A stretch of 64,000 bases of DNA from Yuukianura sp. NJ FZ-2021 (Eukaryota): positions 2,170,001 through 2,234,000 of the forward strand of contig CM102290.1 in assembly GCA_046563655.1 (NCBI GenBank), given 5' to 3'. The position numbers and the translations under genes were made by a program. The notes beneath the pieces are model-generated. The model made no database searches, was not told the DNA's origin, and saw only the letters and a program-made list of their open reading frames with translations. Each line of letters opens with the position of its first letter. Within the stretch, counting starts at the first letter, position 1. Shown here piece after piece: positions 12,589 through 24,000 of this stretch.

Positions 12589-14263
12589 ATGAGTACCCTG
12601 AGGACCTACGGGGACAAGCCAGTTTGTTTTCAGCTGGAGGAGAATGGAGAGTACTACTGCATTGGATCTGAAGTAATTGCCTTAATTAACTGACTAGATT
12701 GGTTAAATGCGATTTAATGTTAATGAATAATGGTGTATTATTACATTCATGAAGGTGGGAAACTATTTGAGATTGTTCCGAGGAGCAATTTACAAGCGGT
12801 ATCCAGGCCTTACTCGTCGAAATGTTACGCAGGAGGAACGAAAACGTTTGGCGGAAATGGGTGACTATTGATAAATTGCCACAGTGCGTGACCGTGATTT
12901 CGAATGCTTAACTTTATATTTCTTAATATACAGGATGGAGCCAACATGTTTTGGGAGCACAAATTTCAGTCCTTCGTTCATGCGAAGTGGATGACATTAT
13001 TGAGGGGAATGACGAACCGTACAAAGCAATTTCGATCTCGTCTTTCGATGCTCCAATTCCACGGTAGTGACAATCTTTTAAGTTGCCATGCATTAGTTCC
13101 ACTACGAGGGAATCATGTTAACATTATTTCGTTTCAGAGAAACGAAGCCCAAGAAGCCAACCCAATGGGTACCGTCGCTGCCAAACAGTTCTCATTTGGA
13201 TGCTGTACCTCAGGCTACACAAATCAGCAGGAACAGAGTTAGTACGAAGAAAGTTCGAACGTTCCCTACATGGTGAGTTCCAGTTGAATTCACATGAGTG
13301 GAAAATGAATACTTTAGTATAAGTTTTTTCTCTGATTGCTTGGTTAGTTTCGATGATACGGATTCGCATTCGGTCAATGAAAATGCTCAACAGCCTGAGA
13401 TTTTAGTTCCAGTTCGTTTGGATATGGAGTTGGATGGTCAGAAGTTGCGTGATACGTTTACTTGGAATAAAAATGGTAAAACTCTAAATATTCAAATACT
13501 CTGGCTCCATTGTTGTTAGAATAGTGTTGTTAATTGAATGCTTACTTTTTGCTTAGAAACTCTCATCACGCCGGAGCAGTTTGCTGATGTGCTTTGCGAC
13601 GACTTGGATTTGAATCCACTTGTGTTCACCCCAGCAATTGCGCAGGCTATCAGGCAGCAAATTGATGCCTATCCAACCGATAATCTCCTGGAAGATCAAA
13701 GTGACCAGCGCGTTATAGTTAAAGTAAATCCACTTTTGTGATTTGTATAACCCTTGGCGTACATCTTAAGAGTATGTAACCCTTCCTAGCTTTTGACACC
13801 CTGCTATCATATTGTATTGTACTTTGTACAGCTAAACATCCATGTTGGAAATACATCTCTGGTGGATCAAATTGAATGGGACCTTAGCGAAAAAACAAAC
13901 AGTCCTGAACATTTCGCAGTCAAGTTATGTGCAGAATTGGGATTGGGCGGAGAGTTTGTTACTGCCATCGCTTATTCCATCCGAGGCCAACTTTCTTGGC
14001 ATCAACGAACTTATGCCTTCAGTGAGGCTCCACTCTCTACGGTTGAAATTCCATTCCGTCATCCATCCGACTCCGATAGCTGGGCTCCTTTTCTAGAAAC
14101 TCTTACGGATGCTGAGATGGAGAAAAAGATTCGCGACCAAGACAGAAATACTCGGTAAGTTAGCACTGACTTTTTAAATAACTTGGTAGTTTCCTCATAT
14201 TAGTTTAATTTCCTCATTTGCAGACGTATGAGACGGTTAGCAAACACAACTCCAGGCTGGTAG
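12589..14263 (+). CDS. SMARCB1: SWI/SNF core subunit SNF5/INI1 (Drosophila Snr1). Exons 12589-12672, 12755-12860, 12934-13063, 13138-13272, 13348-13475, 13557-13723, 13832-14154, 14224-14263
   Basis: [39 protein letters not shown]-terminus; RPT1 [25 protein letters not shown]2 [17 protein letters not shown]...[20 protein letters not shown]-terminal [21 protein letters not shown]. All junctions GT-AG and in frame. Confidence 0.97.
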
Positions 14264-14876
14264 ACCCATCTCAAATACTTGCATCCAATTCCAAGCAGAA
14301 GCAGTCAAGTAATTGTCAGTTTCTCATTTCGGATGGAGATAACCATTAGTTATAAATTGGATGTCGATATTAGTTCCTGTTCCAAGCCGACTGGAAATCT
14401 GAACCGGATAAAGATACATTTCGAAACCTCGACGAAACGTTCCAAATCTGACTCCGATTTCCCAAATTCTGAATTCCTTTTCAACTTGATATCCATTTTG
14501 TACAATCTCCGTTCACTCTACCGTCTATCTCACCTTGACCTTCTGACCCTAACCTGTTATCGTTGATAATTATTTCAATGATAAGCCGTATATCCGGATG
14601 CAAATAGAAATACTTACGTTAAAACTCGGGTAAGTACCGATTGGTAGTCAAGTCACGTTGAAATGTACAGATTTAATATTTAACCTTCGATAAACACCCA
14701 GCAGCAGGAACTGAGTTTTTGTATTTGACCATAAATATAATTAATCATTAATCATTAAGTTATATGTACCAACCATTAATTAGTGTCAAGTCAGTCATTT
14801 GGTTTTTATCTTGAATTGTACTTTTATCCTTATCCTTAGTATTTAAATTCCGCGCGCCTCAATGTCTCAATCGCCA

Positions 14877-14887
14877 TTTCCCGCCAA
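14877..14887 (+). promoter_or_regulatory. E2F-like site upstream of SLC25A1
   Basis: TTTCCCGCCAA canonical-type E2F motif in the intergenic interval; motif match only. Confidence 0.35.
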
Positions 14888-15356
14888 TTTGGCTGGAAAC
14901 GTTTTTAAGATCTAAAAAAACGTTTTAATTCAGGGGCATACTTACGTATGGATCATGTTAACTTATAGTATGGTATAACTTATATTATTGTGCATAATAT
15001 ATATTATAAATATAATATAAATACATAATTTAAATTACATAATTTTAACAATTCTGAAAAATTAAAATATACTTTTAATTATACTTTTAGACCAAGTGCA
15101 GACGTTCGCCCAACTCTGTTCGCGTGGGTGAGACGTGAAAGTGGAGTGTCATCTAGACGAACCCGGAAAAAGAGATTTGATATCCAATCTGCATCAATTC
15201 ATTTGACCTTGTTTATCCTCTTCACCCTTCCTTCACTCTACCTTCACTTCACTTCCACACATCTCTGAAGTGATTTCTTCCATTCCACTCAATTGGCAAT
15301 TGGTCTCTCTATCACATTGCATCAACTAATTGACTAATTCACAACTGGACAGAGTC

Positions 15357-17272
15357 ATGGACGGTCGCAAGAATCACTTCATCAGTCCGTTTCTCCGTAG
15401 ACCCTGGTTGTCAAATCAGGGATCGGCCGCCGCTGCTGCTGGAGGAGGAAATCAAGGTCTCAAGGGAATTATTGCAGGTAATTGATTCATTATATAGTTA
15501 ACTTTAACTGTGGCGGGTGTTTCGAAGAAACCGGCCCACCGGCCGGCGTATGCATGATCAAAGGTCAACTTCTTATCCAGTGATTCTGGCTCGGTATAAG
15601 CTGGAACTCTTCCTACCTATATGTGTTAGGGCATGGGAAGAGACTGAACGCTGAAACTTTTGCGTTATGTAGTTATCATTTGGAACGTTTGCATATAGTT
15701 ATCATTGAGAACTACATGCAAACGTTCCAACCTTTTCCCATACAATTAACACAGGAAAAGTTCCACCGTTTTAGACCGAGCCAGCGAGTCTAGTAAGATA
15801 GGTATTTAATAAGGCTGGGTACTGGAGGATTGCAACTAAAATGAAGTCGATTTTGTTCTTAAGGTGGAATCACCGGTGGCATTGAAATTTGTATCACATT
15901 CCCGACGGAGTATGTCAAAACTCAGCTTCAATTGGACGAAAAGAGTGGAAAGACTAAACAGTACAATGGAATTGTGGACTGTGTCAAGAAGACTGTAAAG
16001 AGTCATGGTGTCCTTGGGCTCTACAGAGGTCTCAGTGTTCTACTTTATGGTTCCATTCCCAAGTCAGCCGTTAGGTAAGTATTAATTCATCTTAATACCT
16101 TAATGTCACTGATTTAGCTACCATCTTGGTGCTTATGTCTCCATTAATTGCTTACAATGTCTATTAAGGTTCGGTGCTTTCGAAGAGCTGAAGAAGTATA
16201 GTGTTGACTCCAAAGGGAACCTGGGTCCATCTCAACGGTTGTTGTGTGGGTTGGGTGCTGGAGTTGCTGAAGCTATATTTGCTGTTACACCAATGGAAAC
16301 AGTTAAAGTCAAGTTCATCAATGACCAGCGATCTGCTAATCCACGCTTCAAGGGATTCTTCCATGGTGTTCGTGAAATCATACGCTCGGAGGGTAATTTG
16401 ATACAACATTCGTCGTGTGTCTTTTATTTTTCACTTTCCTACCTCCTGGGACAAAGAAAGACTTGAAACAGTCTGGTTTGTGTTATTTTTACAGGAATTG
16501 GTGGAGTATATAAAGGTGTCACTGCCACTATCATCAAACAAGGAAGTAATCAAGCCATTCGCTTCTTCGTAATGGAAACTTGCAAGGACTGGTACAGAGG
16601 CGGAGACCCTAGCAAACCAGTGCCCAAACTGTTAGTTGGTGCGTTTGGTGCTGTTGCTGGTGCTGCATCAGTATTCGGTAATACACCGGTGGATGTCGTA
16701 AAAACTAGGATGCAGGTATGATCATCATGCAGCTTATGCATAAATTCAATTATTTATTAAAATGTTGTTGTATTAACACTGATTGTAAAAAATTCATCTT
16801 TCTTTAGGGATTGGAAGCCTCTAAATATAAGAACACTGCCGACTGTTTCGTCAAAATCTGGAAAAACGAAGGAGCACTTGCGTAAGTAACCCATTTTTTG
16901 ATCTTTTTAGTTCGTAGTGTCCACTGTTGCATGATAACCTTTATTGCGTGTGTGTCCTGTTCCTTTGTCATCTCTGTACGATTCGTTATCCTGGAATCTT
17001 GTGTGTCATGTTCCTTTGTCATTGTCGCCTCTGTCCGATTGGAATGTTGTATCATGTTCCTTATGTTGTGTCGTCTCTGTCCGACTGTTTCCCTCCCGGA
17101 ATGTTGTTTCCTCAATACATTATTGGTATCCAATTTGTATTTGATTCAACTGATGATTTGTAGATTCTACAAAGGAACAGTTCCACGCCTGAGTCGAGTT
17201 TGCTTGGACGTTGCCATTACGTTCATGATTTATGATTCCTTCATGGAGCTGTTTAACAAGTTCTGGAAGTAG
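15357..17272 (+). CDS. SLC25A1: Mitochondrial tricarboxylate (citrate) carrier (Drosophila scheggia). Exons 15357-15477, 15864-16074, 16169-16392, 16495-16715, 16808-16881, 17164-17272
   Basis: [29 protein letters not shown], three PX[DE]XXK carrier motifs (PTEYVK, PMETVK, PVDVVK), [32 protein letters not shown] introns join in frame. Confidence 0.97.
15586..15784. repeat. Nested inverted repeat (fold-back) in SLC25A1 intron 1
   Basis: CTGGCTCGGT...ACCGAGCCAG, GGAACTCTTCCT...AGGAAAAGTTCC, and inner stem TTGGAACGTTTGCATATAGTT...AACTACATGCAAACGTTCCAA. Confidence 0.75.
16945..17112 (+). repeat. Degenerate ~45-50 bp tandem repeat (about 3 units) in SLC25A1 intron 5
   Basis: Recurring TGTGTCATGTTCCTTTGT...CTCTGTCCGA...GGAATGTTGT. 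Confidence 0.75.
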
Positions 17273-20100
17273 ATTTGTTCTCATCGCCCATGTCAAATCC
17301 GTAGTAACTCAAGAATGAAAATGGCCGTGTCAAGAATATTCAAAGTCCATGATTAATTTTTTTGTGTAATCGTCCAAGTAACAATACAAGGGGGAATGGA
17401 TATTGTCGGTAGTTTAATTTGTGTTGGTTGTGAAGTCTGCTGAAATAATTCTCACACACTTAAAATGCCTTTGATGCTTCCGCTCATTCAGTAAGTCAGT
17501 TTTGATGATGGTTCTAAAAAAAAAAGTAGCATGCGTCTTTCACTTTTATGTTGAATGAGCATGTGAATTTTTAAAATCTTTTTTTGGTGTGTTCTAATTA
17601 TGTGATATAACAACCATAAGGTTGTCAATAATTGCTTACATTGAACAAATCTGAAAATTTTGTCAATAGTTATTTACAAAAGGTCCAGTTAGCAGATTGT
17701 GTCCATTCCTCAAGGTTATGTCATGTTCGATGTATTATAATTTGAATTCGGGAAAAAGTAAAATGTACGTCCTTAGAACAGCCAGTGATCTTTCGATTTT
17801 TCAGCTTTTTTTCGTTTTCAGATGCTTAATTTTGGCCACGTTTTTTTTTAAAGTTTTCCAACTCGAAGAAGCTTCCATTGCTTCGAAATTTTTGTATTGT
17901 TGCACGGTTTTCGGAATTAGAACTTCGCACGTTTGAGTTTTCCTTTGGATAGATGACCTTTGCCCTAGTTCCTTTCAAATTTGCTCGAAGCTTGATTCGT
18001 TAGCAGCTTTTTAAATATTAACACAAGAGTGAAGGTAGGTAGTTGACGGAAGTAGTGATGTTGTTCTAAAATTAAATTTCTGTTTTATGGAACCTAGTGC
18101 TAACATTAACATTACATATCAAATGAGGAGACTGGTGAAAGTAAAATCTTAGACTTGTAAATACGTGCTTCAATTTAGTAATTTGGAACACATTCATTAG
18201 TGTCTTTTGGTTGAGCTCTTTTACAGCCTTTTGCGGGAAAGTCAAAGAAAGTCCTGCCTTTGCGGAGATGAAAGATAAAGTTACATTTCCGTGTCTTGAC
18301 TCTTGACTACTTGCCAACAGTAAGAATAAGTAAGATGAGGCTGAAGAGGAGTTGATGACTGATGTTCATCCATACACTTAAAATGGACTCATGTTCAATT
18401 CTCATTAAGGTTTCTGCACTGAAACATGCTTCTCCTTTCTCCTTCGCTGATGCTCTCACTTTGACTCCTCGAAACGGTGTGCAAAGTTTATTTGTGCAAA
18501 GTCAACAGGAAAATCCGTTCGCCTAAGCGGTGTCATTCGAGAAACCAGGTGATTGGTAGTTCAAAATTTTGAATTTTGAGAAGTTTGGCGCGTTTGAATT
18601 TCAAAAACGTATCGGGTTTTCTAGTTTACCTTGACTCTTTTGGAGCAGCGGTACTGCTACATTTCTTGATCTCGTCTTTATGGAAAGGATTGAATTTTAT
18701 TCAAAAATGAAAAAGTGTACAGTCTTTACGTGAATGTTCCATTTTCATGCTTACGATTCCTAGACATTACTGATGGGAAATTCAATTTGGAAGAAGAGGT
18801 CATAGACTTTAGATTTTTCATGAGAAGGACTAATGGGCTTTAACAGCAAGCGACGGAGAAAGTTTTCGTAATGGAGGGGGTAAAGGTATTAAAATTCAAA
18901 AATTCAAAATTTATAATGACTGACGGTAACTGTTGGACGTATCTAAGGCCAAGCCCCAGCAAGAATGCGAAGCATTCTGGTTTGTAACTAATTTAATTGT
19001 TATATAGGATTTAAGTTACGTATGGTTCTCGGTAGCTCACATTTGTTGTGATGGAAGAAATTTTTGAACTTTTGTTTAGGATTTTGCAAAAAAAAAAAAT
19101 TGGATAGTTTGCACATGATGGATGCATCTCTTAATTTTTCTGAGAAAATTGTTCAGAAGAAAAAGTTTAGTAAAGTGAATTAGAGTTTTTTTTTTGGTGG
19201 TGCGACGAAGAGAAACGGAGGTCAAGAAGTGTTTAACTTGTGACTGGTGTCTGGTTCAGCTGTAATGAATTGCTTTTCCAGTTAATTAGCACTTGAGTTA
19301 GGACTCAGCTTAAATACTTTGTTAATCACTTGATCAAGATTGAGAGCTTAAGGGCGGGAAACACGAAAGTTTTTCAGTCTCGTGTATCGTGTTTCGGACC
19401 TACGCTAACTTTTTCCACTTTTGTTTTCAAAGTGAAAGCCAGATAAACAGCTCCACTCTTTCTGGAAACTCTTTCTTGGAATTCTTTTCCTCGGATTTGA
19501 GAAGAATCAGGATTTGTCCCAAATATCTATGATGAAGAGTTTTCTTAGAACGGACTTTTCTTTTGAAATTTTGGCCCAAAAGACAAAGGAGTTAGTGGCT
19601 GTGGTGATGGATTAATTAGAACAAAATGGTTTGTAGGCCTAGAGGTAAAGAGGAAGCTTTCGATGATAATGAACGTGTTCAAAAGGAAAATGTTTTTGGT
19701 AGAAAACGGATTAGGAGCGGCGGAAGGTAAAGAAAAGTTGGTGCGTTTTTTTAGCAGGCGGAAAGCCTCTGAGTCACAGAGAAAGTCAAGCCCCACCTTG
19801 GTGATGGTGGAGTCGAAAAAGGCCCGCGGCAGAGTTAATTTCCTTTTATTAATTAAGGACTCCCGCCACCATCAACACTCTCACCCGCGTCTTTTCACTT
19901 CTTAAACTTTGCCGCTCTAACCCAAACTTTCTCCCACTCTCTGACACCATCACGGAATTTTAAAATAAACTTTAACTTTTAGCTAGCTTTGTTTAAAGGA
20001 ACGAAAATCTCTTACATCCACAAATGTAAAGGTCAAAACCACCACAGCAATTTTTTTTTTTAAATCTCAACAAAAAAAAAGAACAGATTTAGGAACTGGC

Positions 20101-21079
20101 TAACTATGAGGGGAGATCGACTGCTTTTCAATACGATTTGCTGCAAGATTTTTTTAAAAAACACAAGCAAAAATTCCTTGCAGAAAATAGGGACGAACAT
20201 TTTCTGCAAGCTTTTTTCTTGCAGAGAACGGAGGCGTTGTTATAAGAAGTTTGCGCAAAATCGAGCCGTTGTTATAAGAAACATGCGGAAAATCCAGATG
20301 TTGTTATAAAAAGCTTGCGGAAAATCGATGCGTTGTTATAAAAAGATTGCGGAAAATCGAGACGTTGTTATAAGAAACATGCGAAAAATTTGAGAAATTG
20401 GAATTTTGAAAAATTCAGCTGAAATTCAAGTTTTGGATGTATTTGCCTTGCCGAGGATTCACGCGTACTCTACCGTTTTGAAATGTTGGTCTCGTGAAAA
20501 ATTGACCTGTTCTCTAACTTTTTGACGTGACCAAATTTTTAAAAATTCACTTGTACACTTACTTTTTGAGGAATTGGAATTTTTAAAAATTCAGCTGAAA
20601 TTCAACTTTTGGATATATTTGCCTTGCCGAGGATTCACGCGTACTCTACCGTCTTGAAATGTTGGTCTCGTGAAAAATTGACCTGTTCTCTAACTTTTTG
20701 ACGTGACAAAAATTTTTGCCAAAATATAACTTTTACGCTTACTTTTCGAGGAATTCTAACTTGGGAAAATTCAGCTGTCGTAAAATCTTAAAAGTGAATT
20801 ATAATTTACAACAACGTCTCGATTCTCCGCAAGTTTCCTATAACAGCGGCTCGATTCTTCGCAAGCTTCTTATAACAGCGCTTCGATTCTTCGCAAGCTT
20901 TTTATAACAGCTCCTCGATTTTCCGCAAGCTTCTTATAACAACGTCTCGATTTCTGCAAGAAAAAAACTTGCAGAAAATGTTCGTTTTGATTTTCTGCAA
21001 GGAAATTTAATTGTGTTTTTTTAAAAAAAAAGCTTGCAGCAAATCGCGTTGAAAAGCAGTCGATCTCCCCTCATAGCTA
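20101..21079. mobile_element. Fold-back MITE with long TIRs, ~32-bp subterminal repeats, internal ~180-bp tandem duplication and 6-bp TSD
   Basis: TAACTATGAGGGGAGATCGACTGCTTTTCAA...TTGAAAAGCAGTCGATCTCCCCTCATAGCTA; ACTGGC at 20095-20100 and 21080-21085; near-identical blocks starting ~20396 and ~20572. Confidence 0.9.
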
Positions 21080-24000
21080 ACTGGCATGTAGAATATGCAT
21101 AATAACATAGGTGGGCTGAATTTATTTTTAGGATTTTCTTTTAATTTGTGTTTTTGAGTTTGCTTTTGAAGCATTATGTTGACGATTTGTGGTCAGGATA
21201 CGTTCGTGTTTTTGAAATTTGCTAAATTAAGTAAAAGTTAGACTATTGACCTTTTGTTTTCACTTTAGTGACATGAAGCGCCTTGTTTTTCAGTAAAACG
21301 AGCACTTTGGAATAGATCGATGTCTAATTTACTGTTGATCCTTCTGGTTCCTCGAATCTGAATCTCAAAAGATTCAAGAAACGAAACACAAAACCTGTTT
21401 TTTTTTCTCCGTTTGAATCTTGAGACGAAGAAGAGTTTTAAACAAAAGCTTTAAGCTTTTACTTTATGTTTTGGAAAGTGAAAACGTAGTTTTAGCATAG
21501 GCTACTTTAGGTAACTTTACTCTGTTACAGGAGATGCGTCTTTTTTCCTTAAATTGGACGCTGATGGAAGAATAAGGGAAAAGAAAGAGATTATTTGAAC
21601 AAACGCTCCTGTTCCCCGCGACTTGATTGCTTTCACTTTCCACTCCCCTTTGTCTTTATCCTAACCCCCTCCCCCTTCTCCCCCTCCGCAGTCCTAATGT
21701 CTCCAACTTCCCTTTGGCTTCAGTTCAAGATATCTGGACCAAAGTCTGCCCCTCCGCAGCCTGTATGGCCTGGAGAAGATGAGAGTCTTGTGGATCTGGA
21801 TCCAGATGCTCATAATCACACTCATCATCCTTCTGTTTTTCCTATCTCTGGAAAGGGGTTACTAAATATGGGATATGAGCGGATTCTCCAGTCGTGCACT
21901 TCCACAATTTCACGTTTCCACTTCTGTTACTGAAACTTCCAAAATGATCTGGATGATTAAGTCTGATGATGTTCTTCTGTTAGTTTGGAGCTTAATGTGA
22001 AAACATGGAAGGCGGGAAAGTGTGCATGCGCTGAAGAATTTCTTTTAAAAGAGCATACCTTTTTAGCTGTTTAGTTTAAGAAAAGGAGTCAGGAATGAAC
22101 TAAATTGGAAATCTTGGAAAATCATCTTCTTCCTGTCATCAATTCTAAGATTGGAATCTTGTTTAGGAATTTAGATTTTAGAAAGCGGACAGAAGCGGCA
22201 GTTTTGAAATGACGCTAGGAACGGGTTTCCTGTAATTGATTAATGTTTGGAGTAGCTTTTTAGATACTAACAGGAGCGGCTTCCTTGAACTTTCGTCAAA
22301 AGACCTTAAAAGTAAATACGAAGAGTTTACGAATGGAACTTTTAGGCAGTCGTCTGTTGGTTCATGGTGCCTCTGCGTAGATTTTTCTTTAGTTTGGAGC
22401 CAAACGAGAACCTTGACAGTCGGCTGATGCTTGGAAACGGTTTGGTCGGGTTGTTTAGCACGCACGGGCCAACGGATTTTATTAGCTCTAAAATTTGGAA
22501 TGACTTTGGGCCTTATTCGTATGAGTTGTGAAGGGCGCTGAGCTCTCCGTTTTTGTTCCGTAGGATTTTCAAAGGAAAAAGTTCTCTCTGAACGGATTAG
22601 ATTCATTTTAGTATAATTAAGTCAAGTCTCCTGGAAATCTAGTTGCGGTTCAGGTTTTGGTCATCTCCATTAAGGGTTTTCGTCTTTTGGAGAAAGAAGA
22701 GAAAAGTTAGGCTAAGATTTGGCTGGGTTGCTTAGGTTATTGGACTGTGAACAGGCAGAGAAATTAATTTCAATTTGTTCACTATTTTTTGACAGAAAAA
22801 AAGGTGGATTAACAGGAGCTTTTTGATCCATTAGGTTGATGCCATTTTTCAGAGAAAGTGGACTGGAGGGAGTAACTAAAACTGCAATTTTCCTACCTAG
22901 AGGGTCCAAACTAGCATAACGTTGAGTAGGTTGACTTGACCTTACCCTTATATAAAACACAACAATAAGATATAACTTAAAGTTAAAAATGTTATAAAGA
23001 TAGTAAGAGAAAGATGCAATCTCAGAAAAAATTCCCGGGATTTGAAATTTGGTGGTTTTCGCCTCAATTTTGCTGTCAACAGTCACTTTCACTTTATTTG
23101 CATTCTCTTTCCAGTAAGAGTGAACATAAATTTTAGCGTTTTTTTTAATTATGGTTTTTCGTCAAAATTTTGAGAGAATTGATGAGAATTGAAGTTATAG
23201 CGAAAAGTTGTAAGAATGGTAGTGAAAAGGTGTTTGGGAACGGGTTAGCAGTTGCTAGAAGATGCTGGGTGCTCGGCTAAGTTTGGGATGCTGCTGTGCG
23301 CCCACTCCTCGCCGTTTCTTGAACCACTTTCTCCACTTTCCGAATCTGTGTTGGAAACAATTCATCTTGTGCACCAGTCCCAGCACCAACAGCTTCCTAC
23401 GTTAGTTGCAAGCGGCCTTCTCTCCTCGTTTTGCAAAACGATAATTTTCCAGAAAACTCTCTGGATTTCACTTTCTTCTGGTGAAACGAACCAAAAGTTG
23501 TCAGAGTGAAAGTAAACAGTTTTTTTTTCTTTCGGGAAAATCATCCCTGCTCAAACGTTGTGACAAAACAGAGGTCTGAATGTGTTGAGCCTAAATCCCA
23601 ATTACATCCGTGCCGTTTCCTTCTAACTTCTGAGAGTTACGTTTTACTTATATCATTTTTCTGAATTCTACGGAACTAATTGGCTCTCTCCTCCTTTGCG
23701 CTGCTTCGAAGACGCTTCCGGAGAAAACGTCGCCGTGACACGAACGTCTCATAAAAAAAAAAAAGGCTGAGGCTCAATTGAATTTTGGAAACATAGACAA
23801 GGTTTTGATTTCGATATTCAAAGAAGCTCCATGCGTCTTTTCACATCCATGTTTTAGGTAGAGAGCTTTTTTTTTATTTTTTGGTTTGTAAGATTTTTTT
23901 TTGAAACAAAACGAAATTGAAACAAGATTTTTCGTTTGCCAAATTAATGAAATATTTGCAACTGATTCTTTTGCAAACAGTTTTTTGTTGTTGAAGCGAA

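Noticed and set aside
16898..17163. Cys-rich hydrophobic N-terminal part of ORF 16898..17272
   Set aside because: This is the tandem repeat in intron 5. Retention would hit TAA right after the donor; only 17164-17272 is exon.
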